Below are positions 35,521 to 51,000 of a stretch of DNA of 64,000 nt, one piece after another. The DNA is from Phallusia mammillata. Taxonomy: Eukaryota. The position numbers were made by a program, and so were the translations under genes. The notes below the pieces were generated by a model, which had not been told where the DNA came from, did no database searches, and was given only the letters and a program-made list of their open reading frames with translations. Every line of letters starts with the position of its first letter. Positions within the stretch are counted from its first letter, which is position 1. The stretch lies in contig OZ281495.1 of the NCBI GenBank assembly GCA_965637545.1, positions 2,666,001 through 2,730,000 of the forward strand. The letters are read 5' to 3'.

Positions 35521-38214
35521 ACGTTACACTGACGCTGATCGTCTGCTGCTCTTTTTGAGTACATTTTGTACATGTTTTTTGATTGATTTTTTGATTTTGT
35601 GGTTCTGCAAAAGTAAATATATTTCTTTCGTTTTTTTTTAAAATTTTCAGTGCAAACATCCCATGAGGGAACGGGTAAGTCACGTAGTTTCACTGAAGGC
35701 CAGGGACGGATTTTTGTATTTTTTGCATTGTTTCCGTTATGGTTTAAATACACAATAGCCTTCCCTTTCCACAAAATAACATAAATAAAGTAGTAGGGCT
35801 AATATTTTTACTAGTACCAGAAAACCTAGAACGTTGGCCTGATTCTATAAAGGGCTCGGTAAAATATTTGTAGCCAACCCAGTAAATGTAATATCATGAT
35901 TTTTGCTTACATCGGATACCGCTTGTGCGAAATATACCAAATGTACGCCACATTATTTACACAAGCACCAGTCAAGCGCGTTGGAACAGCTTTGCGCTCA
36001 ACACAAAGAGTACAAATCGTGGTAAATCCGACCTAAAGCCCGTTTACACTATGCTTAGTGACGTCGAACCCAACCTTAGCTTGTAACCCCTTCCGTTTAC
36101 ACTGCGATTTTCGGTGCATACCTAAGTTTATTAAATAACATGCTCGACGTCATTTATAGCTATAATAACAACTGTCGATGACCATTAATATATTGTTACC
36201 TGTTTTAGATTCGAATAAGGTTTGTAGGGATCTAATGACATTTTGTTAGTAATCATTTTGCATCTTGGTAATCATACAGGGGTTGTTTAGGATGTTGATG
36301 GTGTATAGATTGGTGGCATTTTTTTCTTACTTTCGTGTTTTACAGCATGTAGTCCTTGTTCTGGGTAGCTACATTTTAAATGCACTTAACTACTTGTAAT
36401 ATTCAAACACGAAAAGCACAACATGCAATCATAACAATGTGATATGTAAATCAGTTTGAGGCAAATAGAGTACCATCATTTATTTTTGGATAATAACTAA
36501 ATATTTTTGAATCAGAAACCCACACATAGCGACAACACAAACCGTTTGCGCAGGTTGAAGATGCTTGACGTTAATACGCAGAAACACTCGCTCAGTTATA
36601 CCAGTTTGAGCTCCCAAAATCAGTCAAGCGCGAAACCAGACAGTAAACCTGAAATAAACAAACTTAAGATTGGAAATATATTTTGCATGTTTCAACGCGT
36701 TTCGCAACTCGAACCTATTCGTATTTTGTGTGTGATATTAGGATGCAATTGTGTGTTTGGCAATATTTTCCACAAACACGCAAATGACAAGTTTAGACTT
36801 TATTCTGTAAATAACGCACCCAAAGTTGATTTAACATGTTGTAGTGTTTATTGTTAGGCTGCCGTTTATACAAAAAACATTTGTCTTTTATATAACCAAT
36901 GTTGGATATTGCAACGCTTATTCTTTTTATTGAAGATCTATACTAGACCAACATACAGCCTTGAAGTTTTACAAACCACACTCTCCTTGCTCAAGTTGTT
37001 AAGTTTGACACAAGACCAAGTTTTAACGCAACAACAATTCTTGTTTTCGAGCAAGTTTGTAGTTTTTTTTCACCGGCAAAAACGTTTTACCTTCATCCCC
37101 TTCTTTCTTACGGTCTGATGGCGGTGGTCTCGGCGAGCTTGTGAAAAACACGGTTCCTCTTTTCAGCTGCTGTAAATAAATCGCAGTCGTGTTGACGGAC
37201 CAACCTTTATTTAGGCGACTGCACTTGCGCAGTACACACAGAGTAGGCCTAAAATTGTGTTTTGCGAAATAAATGGTATTATTCCCGAAACGTACATTAC
37301 GAAAGGAATTGGTGACGAGCGATAACACTTTTAAAATAGCTTGTTTTCTCACTGGCTTGACGTTTTTAGTCTTTCGTGTGGGTCAGTGGTAGCGACCAAA
37401 CAAACGAATGTATAAAAAGTTCAATGAATGGGTGGAGGCGATGAAAGTGACGATGACAGTGAAATATTTATATCTGACACAGAACAGTTACTTGAGCATA
37501 GTGCTACATAAGGTTGTGTGCTTGACAAGCCCGGCGAGTCTAATGGGTTTAAATACAGCATCTCAACGACAGCAAATTTTCGGCAGAAAAGCCAAAGAAA
37601 AGAAACCGCGTTAGAATTGTCCGAATAATTGTTCAGTTTACCATTCCACGCTGTTGTAATCAAGTTGACAACACAGACATTTTTCTCGCTGAATATACCA
37701 AGCACAACGTGACAAATTATAACTCTGGTGCATCGCCTAGCGGAATAGCCTAAGCGCTCAACCACCATATAATGTTTTTTCTTTCTTTGTGTACTTTACT
37801 AAATGCTGAGCCATAATGAATTTGTGGCAGTACCGTGTTTTCGTTCTATACATCTTGTCGTTAAAGTGCTATGAAAAGCTTTTGCCTTAAACTGCATTGC
37901 TTAATTAAGCCCTTGATGGGTCTCGTGCATCACATTTTAAAACCACTGTCGTGTTGCATTTTAAACGTCAGGTTTAAGCCAACAGCGTAGATGAGAGGTA
38001 GGACATGGATGAGAGGTAGGAAGGATTTTTAGAGCAGTAAAACATTCACTCGCGCGCAAACTCGATGAAGTAATCAGCTAACAGTTGCTTACACCTCTGA
38101 ATGTGTTATAATATCTGATCTGAATGAATGCTTCAAGGGCTAATCTCAACAATGTACATGTGTTTATTTGTGTAGTGAAAACAGTCAGGACTTGCCTATC
38201 TGAACAAAACAAAA

Positions 38215-41200
38215 ATGACGTCAGCGAACGAGGTAAATATTTGCTTATGTGTTGAGGTTATTATGTTATGTTTGAGGTTAACATATGTTGAGGTTATTTT
38301 TTTTTGTTTTTTGGGGAGCAAGATTTTGGCCAAATGGCCCGGCGCGCCTTACCCATTTTCAGACATAAATAACCCTGATCGCGATTCGTACCTGGGAGTG
38401 TCCTGGGTTCGAAACCCGTCAAAAAAGAACTGTGATCGGTAGAGATTGGGGATTTGAGCTAAAATTGCTTTTTTCTGTTCCTTTGTATGTTGTTGATACG
38501 AAACATCACCTGCGAAGCTGCATCACCCCTAGATATTTTTACCTGATATTTCTACTACAATATACAGCAGTACTACTTAAATAGTTCATATAGAAAGAGT
38601 AAAGATTACCAAAGGTCCGGTCACTTTTGTCAGAAATGCAACTGGGCACTAAACATGAATTTACTTTCTCCCTTCCCCCGCTTTGTTAATTGTATAGTGG
38701 AAATGTCGACCATTTTTGTCACAGTTGGGCAAATCAGATTTTGGAAAGACTTATACTACGTTTCCATGTCGCGAGTTTGGGCCAAGTATTTGGGCCATGT
38801 GACCATATTTGGAAGTGAAAAACATGACGCAGCAAAATTACTTGGCCCAAACCGAATTTTTTTAGGCCATCTAATTCAAGTGGTTTAAACTCAGTTTAGG
38901 CCATGTATGTTTTGGGCCATGTTTTTGTTGTGAACCGTTTACATGTATTGCAAGCTTGAAAGTGCCGAACAGCGCAGTTATATTCGAAAGTTGAGTTAAA
39001 ACATTATATCAGAGCTTAATTTGGAATTGAGAAGTACTTTTGCCAACGGATGTATATTGCTAGCATTCAGTATAGTGATTTGAAAGGCATTACAGTAGAT
39101 GTATGCATGTAAATATGAACAGAATTGAATAATAAGTTGTGCAACCTGTACGCCATGAATTATTTCAGGACAAGATTCAGCACTACAAAATCACGTTTCG
39201 TTTTTGTTGGCAATGTCAGGAAAAGCTGATGATACTTAATTTTATAAGATACAGGTGAGTTAAAATCCTCAAAACATTTTATGAACTACATTTAAATCTT
39301 AGTTATTATGTGAAACAAGTTCCATCACTTTTGCTATTTCAACATAGTTTGCATAAAATGCCCTGGCAGGCAACATGAAGCAACTTAATCTAAATCAGTC
39401 AATTGGCTTTGTTGCAATACCTAATTGTTGATTATTTTGTATATGGTCATGTGTTTACTGAAGGAACAGCCATTTCTTCAATGATTTGGGTGATGCTGAC
39501 CCAGTCCACTCAATACTTACTTTACAAGATCATACTTAGTAGCAACAGGGTAGTACTTAAAACTATCATTGAAAATACTTCCGAAAGGTTGTGGTGATAT
39601 GAATTTTGTAAATTGTGATATGTACATCTTCTGTCTATTTTTCTTGTTCTGGTGCATCAATTATTGGTGACTACTTTATTGAAAACTGTTTTTAGCGTTT
39701 TAATTATATTCTATCATTTCTGTGCATTGACTGTGTAATAAAATCACCAATGGTAGTTTAAAAATTGTTCAAATTTTTGTATTGCAAATTGAAAACAGAC
39801 AAAATAGAGTCACAGTATTAACACAATCACTTCATTCGCATACATAGAGAGAATCATTAACTGGTTTGCTGGAAAAACAGCTTGAGTTCTTGCAAGTGAT
39901 TGAGTAGTTCTTGGTTGTCAAGCCTAAAAGCAAAAATTAATTTAGTAAATAACTGTTTTCTGTTAAGTGTAAAGAAACAACAGTTAGATTGTTGCCTTTA
40001 TTAAACAAGAAAAGAATGTGTAGAAGCACACATAAATGTTTAAACACCAATAACACATAACTGTGCAAGGTTGAAATAAGTCATTAAAAAATGATTACTA
40101 ACACAAAATAAGCAAGTCTTACCAAGCACAGTGCATCTGGTCCTTCTTTGATAAAGGTTGTTCTTACTTTAAAACTTCCTATTACTTTGTTTATCTCCAA
40201 AAACTCTAATACATCAAACTAGTTTCTTAGTAATAGACCTGCTCATTTTAGATAACAGCAGTATCAACTCTCTATCTGTAGAAGCTAATTTTCGTAGTTT
40301 TTTCAAATCCTAATTCACTCAAGTCAGCTTACGATGAAGAAGTTAATTTGTAGGCAGCACAGTTTGTTGTTTTTATTACATTCCAAAGCCTGTTTACCAT
40401 ATTTCGTTTTAGTTTCGAATCCCGCGAGGCAGGCAACAGATCGCTGTACCACGTTACGCTTGACTGCGTTAGCGACATGGAAACACGACTCGTTTTTGGC
40501 GCTAAATTCAAAACATGGACATAACAGTTTGGGCTAAGCCAAAACGCGACATGGAAACATAGTATTAGACTCCTCAAAGTCCCTCGATCAAATGCTATGC
40601 GAACCTCAGTTTAAAAACTATCGCTAAATAGCAATGATCAAGTAATTAACACACAAATAATTGTCTATATGTTGCCGTAACCAAATGACCGTCAAACGCC
40701 TCAAAGGTCCGGATATGGACCGGGGTCCGCCATTTGAGAAGCCCTGCTATATCGAGATAACAATCATACATAAAATTTCTTATGCATTTCCCTACTTACT
40801 TCAAAGGCACAAAATTACCTGTAAACTTTGAAAAATGATGCACTGGCACTGTTTGCATCAGAAAATATTGTTTTAATTATAATTTTGAAATCAAGAAGAA
40901 AATTGTTAATGCCCAAATTATTGTGTTTGGTTTGTCGCCGTGCAAGTAAACAAAATACACAAATGATACGGTCTGTTGTTTACACTCATGTGCATTAAGG
41001 CGTGACGAAAACACGTCACAAAGTAGCTGCAAGTTCAAGCGTGTATTATTTTTTTTTTTAAAACTGGGAGCAGCACCCCCAACAATTTTAAGCACGAGTC
41101 GCCTTTGCCAAATAGCCTAAACCAGTGGTTCTTAACCTTTTTATAACGGCCGAACCCTTACGATATTCTTCAGCCTTTGGTCGAACCCCAAAGTTACATC

Positions 41201-44200
41201 CCAGGTTTTTGCCCCATTTTCTTTGGTGGGTCATAATTAGTTTTTGTTCAATCGTAATGGCAACAGTTACTGTTTGTCATTTTGTTCAATTCTGACATAA
41301 TACAGTAATACAAGCCACTTGTTTCATAAGTGCTTTAATACCGGCAATTTTTTGCTTTACCAAAATAAAGCATTGTATCTTTAGCATCTGTACACAAACA
41401 TGAAAAAGATGAAGAAATAAGTTTTTGCTGTCAACAAAATTTCGTTGTGTTTCTGCTTAGGAACAACGCGAACAATGCTCTTTGTTACGTCAAAAAAGAA
41501 ATTAAAACCTTAGTGCAGGGGTGCACCTGCATCGCAGATTCTTATTTCACCAACGACCGCCTGCTTATTTTTGTTTTGTTGATATTATGTATTTACCATC
41601 TAATAGCGCCCAAAAAGCCCAAATTAATTTCTAGCTCGGTACACAGATTGGCTGCACAGCGAGGAGATCACTTAAGTGTTTATTATGTCATAATCTATAT
41701 TGTGATGCTTGTGGTACCTGTTTTGTTCGCATTGTTGGCACACAATAGGCGTACAAAACGTCTGATACATATAGTTATTAGGCTGGTAATACTCTTTTTA
41801 GTGCCACAAAAACTGTTTCGAGATGTTTAAAACAGCCCTGCCTAAGTTTAACCTTCCAGGGTTTTGATACACTAAAGTCAAAAACGAGTATTTGTATTGC
41901 ACTTCAAAAATACGTTCGATCGAACCCCAGGGGTTCGGCAACGCCGAATCCCGGTTAAGAACCACTGGCCTAAACCGTTTCACAGAAATTTCTTTTGAAA
42001 GAGGTATTAGTGCTCTTTGCGTTTTATACCTATTTTTTTACCAAACTTTGTCTCATGTGAGTGCTACCATTTGTATATTCTCATCTCTTCTGTACAGTTA
42101 CGGGAATTGGACTGTAGTGACATCACGTGCAACCTTGATGACTTTGTGGCCGGTTCAGGAGGTTTCGGGGATGTTCTATTTGGATACCACAATGGGTTAA
42201 AGAAGGAAGTTGCCATCAAAGTATTTGAGGTAGCTGGTGGAAAAAAGAAAAAATCACTCGCTGTGAAAATGTAAGATTTGTCACATACAAAACCACCTTA
42301 GCAAAATTGATTGAAATATTCTTTAGGATAGAGGAAGAAATGGAACACTTGCTGAAAGCAGATCATGAAAATGTCGTTAAGATTTTCGGCTACGTTCAAT
42401 GGTCTTTCTCAATGGGAATTGTGATGGAATACTGCAAAGGTGGAGATTTAGAAACACTACTAATGGATACATCCATAGAACTGGACCTTGCTGTGCGCCT
42501 TCGCATTTTATACGAAATAGCATCAGCATTGACTTTCTGTCACAACTTGTCAGACAAACGTTTAATTCACCAGGACCTAAAACCTGGAAACGTTTTGCTT
42601 ACCAAAGAACTAAGCTGTAGATTGGCTGATTTTGGTTCCGCCGAACTGGCAACATATAGTATTTCGGCAACTGTGAATCCTTTGGCACGAACCAAGAAAG
42701 AAAGACCACAATATACTCCCTACTACACCGCTCCGGAAAAATTGAAGGATCCCACCATGAAACCAAGGAAGCAGCATGACGTGTATGCATTCAGTATGTT
42801 ATTGTATTGGGTCTTGGCTCGTAAAGCACCTTATCCACGTCTGGCAGAAGAAGAGCGAAGGGGGTTATTGGAATTAATTAAGAGAGAAAAAAGACCAGAC
42901 TGTCGAGAAATACAGGATTGGATGCAAACTTTGGTCGGTGAAGACAGAGAAATCGCAGAGCAACTCCAACTACTGATGAAGCGATGCTGGGATCAAGATC
43001 CCACAAAACGTCCCACAATGAATAAAATAAAAAAAGAATTAAAAAAGTATTTAGACAAACAGAAAACCAAGCTACTTTCTCAAGTTTTGACAACTTTGAC
43101 TCAAATGGATTTGGACGAGCAACCGCAAGTTATCGAAGGTCGACGCGTTTTTCTTCATTATTTTTCAACCAAGTCCAGAAGTTTTCATGGTAAAATATTA
43201 AACACACAATAGCGGTAACTTCCGCGAGAAACAGAATACTTTACCCAAGTTGGAGATAGTTTGTCTCGCGGAAACTTATTTTATCCTAATAAAGTTGATG
43301 AATAAGATGTTGCCAATTGTTGTGTGGGGATTTTTTATTATGTTCTGTGGTAGAAAAGTCTTTAATATTTTTTAGTTCCCTCCACATCAGGTGACACCGA
43401 TGGACAATCATCTAGACCGACAAAAGGCACACGAGAGCAAGTACAATCTCCTTCCTATCAAGACAAGGTGTCTCCATCCAGCAGACAAAAGAGGGAGGGT
43501 ATGAGATATATTGAATTGAATTTCGTTCAACAGATATTGCCAACAGTTACATGTGTGACACTTCTATCTGTTTGTGTTGCTGAACATTTTCAAACAAACG
43601 TTTTGTGCAAATTTTAATTGATTAGATTCCACCAGTCACGTTGCTGCAAGACGCTCCTCGACGTCAGTACGAAAGTTAAACACTTTGGGGTGTATCGTGT
43701 AATTGTGCACTTGACGTTACACAAGCTAAGTTCATAATGACATAGCGTGAAAAATAATAAGAAAACATAAAAATTTATACGCAACAATCCAGCACTAGTA
43801 ATCTTATTAACTTTTAGTAATCTTATTTAATTGACAATAGCTGAATATTCGGTGACAAACGATTTGTTTGCATTGGATAAGTGATTATTTTAAACTATTA
43901 TTTTATTCTTAATTGATGTTCTTCAGATCCAGTTGGACACGGTGATGAGAAACGCCCCACTGTACCACAAGAGGAAATCGCTCATTCCAGCAGCACATCA
44001 CCACAGCAACCTGCAGGTAAACCAACAAGCAGTTGCTAAGAGTGGCAAATGCACCTTTTCAAAACAAAAGAAAAAAGTACAATCAGCAACAGAAATACTG
44101 TCTATATGTCGTCAAAGAAATATTTATCGTTTAAATTTTTTTTTTGTATATCCTATCAGCCAAAATTCCAAGAAACGCTCGACAACATTCTTGAAAAAAA

Positions 44201-46278
44201 TATTCCCCCGTTTTGGCAAAACATCACCAAAGCAACCTGTAGGTAAAAATGTTTGATCTTGTGTGCTGGCATCCAAAAGCTGCAAACATAACGTTTTTTG
44301 TTGTCCGTATTTTTTGTCCGTGCTTAACAGCCAACCAGTTTTGCAATTATTATGGTTCAAGCAACGAAATAGTTGATTAGTTTGTTGTCAATCACATATT
44401 GCAACACATTGCCAACTGTCAATTAATTTAATAATTGTAACTAATTTGCTGTGGGGATCTTAATGTAATTCCACATGTTTGTTGACGTCGATACTAATAT
44501 CTACTCTTAACTACCAATTAAATTGTTGTAAAAAAATCTTTTTTGAGATTTTTGTGTCTTTGCCAGTTTATTCCGTGAAAAAACAATCCAACAATCCAAC
44601 AAAGGGCGCACATGAGGCAGTACAAACTTAATTTTAACAAATGGTAATTCCCAGAAGCAGCTATCTGGTATGACTGCAATGACTTGTTCGAACTCATCCT
44701 GTTAACAGTTATGTTATAACCACCGACTAACGAGTAAAAAAAACGTTTTCGGCATTATAAACGGTCAATTGTCAATTTACTATTTCCTCAGATCGTATCA
44801 GTCACGACCCAAACGCTCGATCTTGCAAACACTAATTTAACGATGTTTTTACCTTAACCAGGGTTGCCATTGACATGGATCCCAAAATAAGGACACCCGA
44901 AAAATTAAATTTTAGACAAAATGAAGCCAACGTTTTAAACAATCTTTACACTGCTATGAGCCATGACATATTACATGCCATATATGTTACCAGAAATAAT
45001 CCATTTAAGCAACTCTTTGTTCGTAGAAAATACGAGTATCTTACGAGTTACGACAGCTCCGGTCTAGGTTTACTTTTACTTTAAGCAGGAATCTGATTGT
45101 TATTTCGGTACAAAATAAGGAATCAGATCAAAAACAAGGGCATTTCTATAAATAAGCACAATAAATTTTACTAAAACATTGCCCTTCGAAATAAAGCCGA
45201 TGGCAACATCTTTTCCACTGTCAATCAAATCATTAATTAAAGCGAATCGCGGTAACAAACTTCGTGGAAATCCTAAAATATGAATTGACGCCATTAATGC
45301 CCCTGGTGCGTGATGTACACTGCGTGGAATTTATCTTGTCTTTGTCATATATTGCATAAGATAAAACCTCTAAGTTTCCTTTTTTATTTATTTGCATCAC
45401 AAAAACATAAAGCAGTGGAACGTGTGGTCGCAGCTCAAGTTTAGTAGGCGAAAAACGTCTACAAATTTATTATTTATTTCTTATTTTTTGGAACTAAAGG
45501 AAAAAATATTTACTTTTTTGCAGACGGCGAATTCAACCAACGCATTCAAAACTATATTGATTTATTAAAAACAGAAAAGTATGACAAAGCAAAAACAACA
45601 AAACAACGACTTTCAAGGTCAATCACAGGTCAACCAGGGGTCACTGCAGAAAACCTGGAAAAAAAAGCCACAAAATTTAAAAATGACAGCAAATATTTGC
45701 AAGCAATTCTATTTTTCAGCATTGCCGCAGATTTCCATGTTAAGAAAAATCCCGGCTTTGCAGTAGCGAAAAGTGTAGCGATATGTGCAGAGGGAATTCG
45801 CGACACAATCAAACTTTTGATGAAAAATTCTGATTCATCTTTAAAGACGAGAAACAAAGACATCGTGCGCGATCACGTGATCTCACTAATGCGTGACATG
45901 ACTCAGCAAATCCGTTGCCTTCAAATAAACGGAAAAATTCGAAGTGAAATGGAGGTTTGGTGTTTGCATTCCATTGAACTGAGTCAATATTACATCGGGG
46001 ATTTGGCATCGAGGGAAACAACAATAAAACTAGGACTTGAACTTATGGAAACAAAGTTTGGGAATGAAAGTTTAAAGTATTCAATCTACGGTTACTTGTT
46101 GAGCAATCTTGGTGTTGTTTGCGGTAACACTTCACAATTCAAAGAAGCAATCGAATATTTCACAAAAGCAATCGAAGCCTACAAAACAGCGGAGGATTTA
46201 ACTGAGGAACAACGAGGAGAAGAGATTGCAAAAATTAAGAGGGGTTTGCAAATATGCAAGGCAAAGTTGAACAAGTAA
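38215..46278 (+). CDS. U3: RIPK-like kinase + short linker + TPR domain, ~673 aa
   Basis: Exons 38215-38232 (MTSANE), 42098-42270, 42327-43189, 43376-43498, 43927-44016, 45524-46278; GT-AG, 2022 nt in frame. Linker exons at 43626, 44150 and ~44567 are damaged and presumed skipped. Confidence 0.8.
41123..41967. mobile_element. hAT/Charlie-type MITE, 845 bp, in U3 intron 1
   Basis: Perfect 15-bp TIR CAGTGGTTCTTAACC. 8-bp TSD GCCTAAAC at 41115-41122 and 41968-41975. Confidence 0.92.
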
Positions 46279-47690
46279 TTAAGTTTGCTGCAAAACAACT
46301 AAAGTTTTGTCTGTGACACAATTATTGTGAAAGAAATTCACATTGTAAATATATTTTATGTTTAATTTTTTGCTTTTGTGCAAAATTGCTGCATTTAGTG
46401 ACGATTTTTTGTACAAATGTAAAAATAAAACTTACTCTTCATAAATTTGATAAAAATTCAATGTTTTGAAGAGACTTTTCATAGAACATCATTTCCAGGT
46501 AAAATTAAAAAAAAAGAATTTGACGTAAATGCAGAGTTAACTAGTTGTATATAATTGCAGGTTTCTTTAAACATAGCGCATTTGTTTTAGTGATAAGGCT
46601 TTGGTGTAAATATAAAATGTTTTTCCAGACGTAGTGAAATTCAATTGTATTTGTATTAGTTTTTTTTAAAAAAATTGTCATGTATTTTTAACTTCGCCAT
46701 TAGAAACGCCATTAAAAATCACGATAGTTTTTAGTTAATATAAAGAGAACAACAAACTTTGGTTTAAAAGTAAAATGATTTGGCAGTTTTTGCATCTGAC
46801 CAACCACAGTTTTGGTTAGTATCGAGAAACAACAAACCTTTATAAGTTGTATCGGACCAAATACAACCATCTGCGCCTTTTTAACACCAACAAGTTTCCA
46901 CAAGAAAATTTCAACTGTTATTTGGTTGTCAGAAGCTCCTATATAAGCATTTTTGTCACCAGTTTTCACCACGTTTCCTGCAAAAGTTAAACTTATAATA
47001 AAATCACTAGGTAAACAAGAGAGTAAAGGGACAAATGTTGTTTGCTCTAAAAATTTGAAACTAAATTCTATAAACATGGTCACGAGTGAGTTTTTAGTTT
47101 TGTGTATTTTTTTTTCATACAAACACAAGTAATTGAGCCAACCAAGGGTCACCATAACCCTTGAAACTAGAAGAGACATTTGTTTATACTTTCACTATCT
47201 TTGATTTAAAAGGAAAGGGTTTTGTATAGTGCTTGGAGGCGTACATGTGTGAGGAAACAGGTGTAACAATTCTCAGAAACATCTAAAAACACAATTCGTC
47301 TGTCTGTTTTTCGTCACACAGATCACGTATAATGATGAATCGAAAAGCACAAAACAAGTCTTTCTTACTTCACAGCAGTTGTAATCAAACCCAACCTGGA
47401 TTTGAGTTCTTGCTTTGACTCTTTCTGTTAATTTTATTTTTGCTTTAGATGATCCCAAGTGTTTCAATTTGTTTTTATCGCTGCTGATCAAGAGCCTCAT
47501 CATACCACTGTATGAAGCAAAGTAAAACATTGAGGAAAAATCAATAACTTTTTTTAATGTTTTTTTTTTAACTTTTAATGTTTGCATGCAATTAAAGTAT
47601 GACATCACAATGAAAGAGTACATACTTGTGACATCACAAAACAATTACTTAATCAGTTCCACGACAGTTTCTTATCTTTTCCGAGTAGGT

Positions 47691-47815
47691 GATCACGTGA
47701 TCGCACTGATGCGTAACATGGTCCAATAAATTCGCAACTTACAAATAAAAGAAGAAATGCGATGTAAATGGGAGGTTTGGTGTTTGCATTACTATGAAAT
47801 GAGTCAAGGCAACAT
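47691..47815 (+). pseudogene. Relic of a further TPR exon
   Basis: Translates DHVIALMRNMVQ*IRNLQIKEEMRCKWEVWCLHYYEMSQ, homologous to DHVIPLMRDMIQQIRDLQINEEIRCEWEVWCL, with an in-frame stop. Its counterpart at ~3214-3240 (DHVIPLMHN) is interrupted by the 6-kb TIR element. Confidence 0.8.
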
Positions 47816-48069
47816 CAATTGTGACGTCATTGTGTTTTTGTTGCGCAGAATTCGCTGTGAGCGAGCAAAACCATCTTACACCTACAACCTGTCGCTGTGT
47901 TTAGCCACTTGACCAGTGGTTCCCTAATTGTGGTACACAAAGGGTTTTCATGTGGCACGCAGGCTTACTACATGGTTGGCAAAAAATCTCGAAAAGCGTA
48001 TTATTAAAAATTATAAAGACATAATTTGTTTAAACTGATTAAATATAATCTGCACATTCTTGTCAAGAT

Positions 48070-51000
48070 TTTATTATTATTATTGTAGAGGCCCCTCCGC
48101 GCCTCAACATGTGACGACCGGCCGATAATAAAATTACCTTGTCGCCTCCATAAAAAAGGGCATGTTTATCCCTCCAAAATAACTAAAACGGTACGAAAAA
48201 AAAACTTAGTGCAAGGCAGGGCGATACAGTACATTTTATCCTTCATTTCAAAGCGGAAGTAAATGAGAGGGGGTGTTCAAACATAGACACGATAATTCAG
48301 CAAATATTACTAAACACAGGTTTTAGGTACAGTTGACATAAGTTATTATTTCATAAACGTAGAGTGACAACACATGGTACAATTACACATAAGATTTGTA
48401 TTACAATATACACAATAGTATGTATAGCGAAAGCGTAATAAATAAGGAGCGGTAGTTCTGTTCTTTACGTGGCTGCGTAAAAGTAGTCCGTGCCTAAACC
48501 GAATTTCACTTCAATATAATTGTCGCCGTATTTTTTAACAAAGGTTTGTATTCCTGTTTTGAAGGTAGTGAAAATTTTGGCGGCCATTTTGTTTGCAAAA
48601 GAGTTTGTATTATGCAGATGCTTAAGCAAATCTAGTTTTTGCCATTTTTTGATGATTTTAGATCGCCTAATTGCAATTATTTTAATTTGCCAGAGGGGTG
48701 TTTCCAAATTGTAATCATTTTAGCAAAGTTTGCTATTTGAGATTAAGTTACTAATAGGACACTTCGTTAGAAGGTGTTCTATGTTATCGTTTCTATCCTT
48801 ACAGAATTTGCATCGATTAATTTTGATTGAACCATCCCTCATTATAAATCGATTTTTGGAGCGATCAAAATCACCCCATTTAAACGCTTTGTGTATGGTT
48901 AGAAACGTTATTTGTCGCTCCATGTTGCTGAAAAAAGGACCTTATTCCCTGTTGGAGAAATACTGCCCGTTTCCAACTGTAATCATCGATGGTTGTTGGT
49001 GTACAATCGACTTCTTTTTTTCTTTATTAGCTCATAATAAAAATGGCGTAATTTGGCTTTTTTCCAATTGAATTCTTCATTTTCATCAATTAAAAGTAAA
49101 TAGGTTTCATAAATTTGGGTCCAGCTTCTATTTGGTTTCCAGGCTTTGGGTGTGGTATTATCGAAAAGCGAGGGTTTTATCTGTTTTAATTTCGTGCCGA
49201 GATTATATATTGCCCAGCGCTGCCAGATTTCACAAATATTTTAGGAATTAATAAATTCTTGTAGTTTTTCAAGCTTTAACGCATTTATTTTTGTTTCCAA
49301 ATCTGGGAGTTTTAACCCGCCTTTATTTTTTTGCGATATTAGTTTCTTTCGGGCCATTTGCTCAATTTTTCCTGGAAACCAAAAAAAATTCATAGTTAAT
49401 TTCTTTGATATGGGTTTGGGTTGGGTTTACAACTGTAGCCACAAAAAGTATCTTGGGGAGAATAAGTGTATTGATTATCGCGATTTTACCGATAAAGGAT
49501 AGTTTGCGTCGTGCGAAGGTTGTTGTTATATATATATGCTTTGCATGCCGTATAATGGGAACACAATTTTCTCGCGTGTCTTTTGCATTTTAGTCCAAGT
49601 AGTAAGTTTTATGAAGTCAGGGTATAGTATACCTAATTCGTCATGTAAAAATTGGGATATTGGGAGTATTTCTGTTTTATTTTGATTAATCTTTGTCCAG
49701 ATGCTTGATGATACAAATTCATAATGATAAAAATTTCTAATAGGGATTGTTTATTGGAAACGAGAAATGTCGAGTCATCCGCATATTGTTCGATTTTCGC
49801 TTCTATTTTACCAATTTTTATTCCGTTTATTTGTTGGTTATTGTTTACTGCTTGTATTAGCACTTGGCATACAGTCACGTAAAGAATCATCGATAAGCCA
49901 CACCCTTGGCGGACTCCTCGTTTTATAGATATTTTATTTGTTTTTCTTCCGTTTACATTGACTGTTCTCGTGATATCTTTGTGTAAAATTTTGATCCAAT
50001 TTCCGGTGTATATGTTAACGTTTAAAACTTCCAGAATTTTGTTCACAAAATCATGATCCACGGTGTCGAATGCTTTTTCTATGTCAATTTGAATTAAGGC
50101 CAAAGGGGTTTGTTTTTGATAACTATATTCGATTGCGGTTTGGATATTATAATGAATGTCCTGGATGTAGCTTTTGTTTAGTCCACATTTTTGCTCGATG
50201 CTAATTTTGTTATTAAGTTCATTTTAACGTCTTTTCGCTACTGTTTTACTAATTATTTTATAATCTACATTAAGTAAGGAAATTGGTCGCTAGTTTTTTA
50301 TTAGAGTTTTATCTTGCTTTTTAGGAATGAGTTTAACGCTTGCATTTTTCTTGCAACTTCAATTGTTATTGGTGAGTCTATTGGTTCTTCTGGAAACGTA
50401 GTAATTTGGGAAAGAAAATAATTTGCGCCGATACATTTCTCGTGTTTTCCGTTTGCCAAAGGCTTTTATAGTAGTGTTGGACTTACTGTGTGAGTTTATC
50501 TTCATCGGTAGTTATTTGGTCGTCTATTTTTAGGGATCTGATACTCGAGTTTTCCTGTTTTATTTGTTCTGTGTTAAAGAAAGACTTATCAGGTTTCTCT
50601 TCATTACAGAAATCTTTGATTCGGTATTTTTTTATATGTAAGAAAAGTATGCTTAGAGTAGATTCCCCAGTCTAACTTCTCAGCTGCGCAAATTGCTTTG
50701 TGCCGAACTCTGCCGGTACAGGGAACAGAGTGAGGCGTGTCAATGGCTTAGGAGGGTAAAAGCTCTTCAAGATTAGAGTGTAATGGGTATGTGTATCATC
50801 ATGATAGCGGAAACCGTTTTTGAATTTCCTGTGAATCTGTGAGAGCTCATGTGTGCATTCCTCAGCGAAAGTAATCTTAAAGATTGACTGGCGTCGGTTT
50901 GCACACCGGCAAGCGACCAACATCTTCTTGTATGCATACAAAGGTAGTCCCTCTAGATAAAACATCGCCATAAATTCTTCAAAACGGCAGTTCTGCTTCG

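Noticed and set aside
38380-38430. GGTTCGAAACCC B-box: tRNA gene?
   Set aside because: No cloverleaf or A box; at most a SINE relic.
38900-40746. Possible decayed hAT transposase (LFLTLP-like piece) and one hAT-like terminus (TTTGAGAAGCCCTG) in U3 intron 1
   Set aside because: Heavily interrupted frames, no partner TIR or TSD found.
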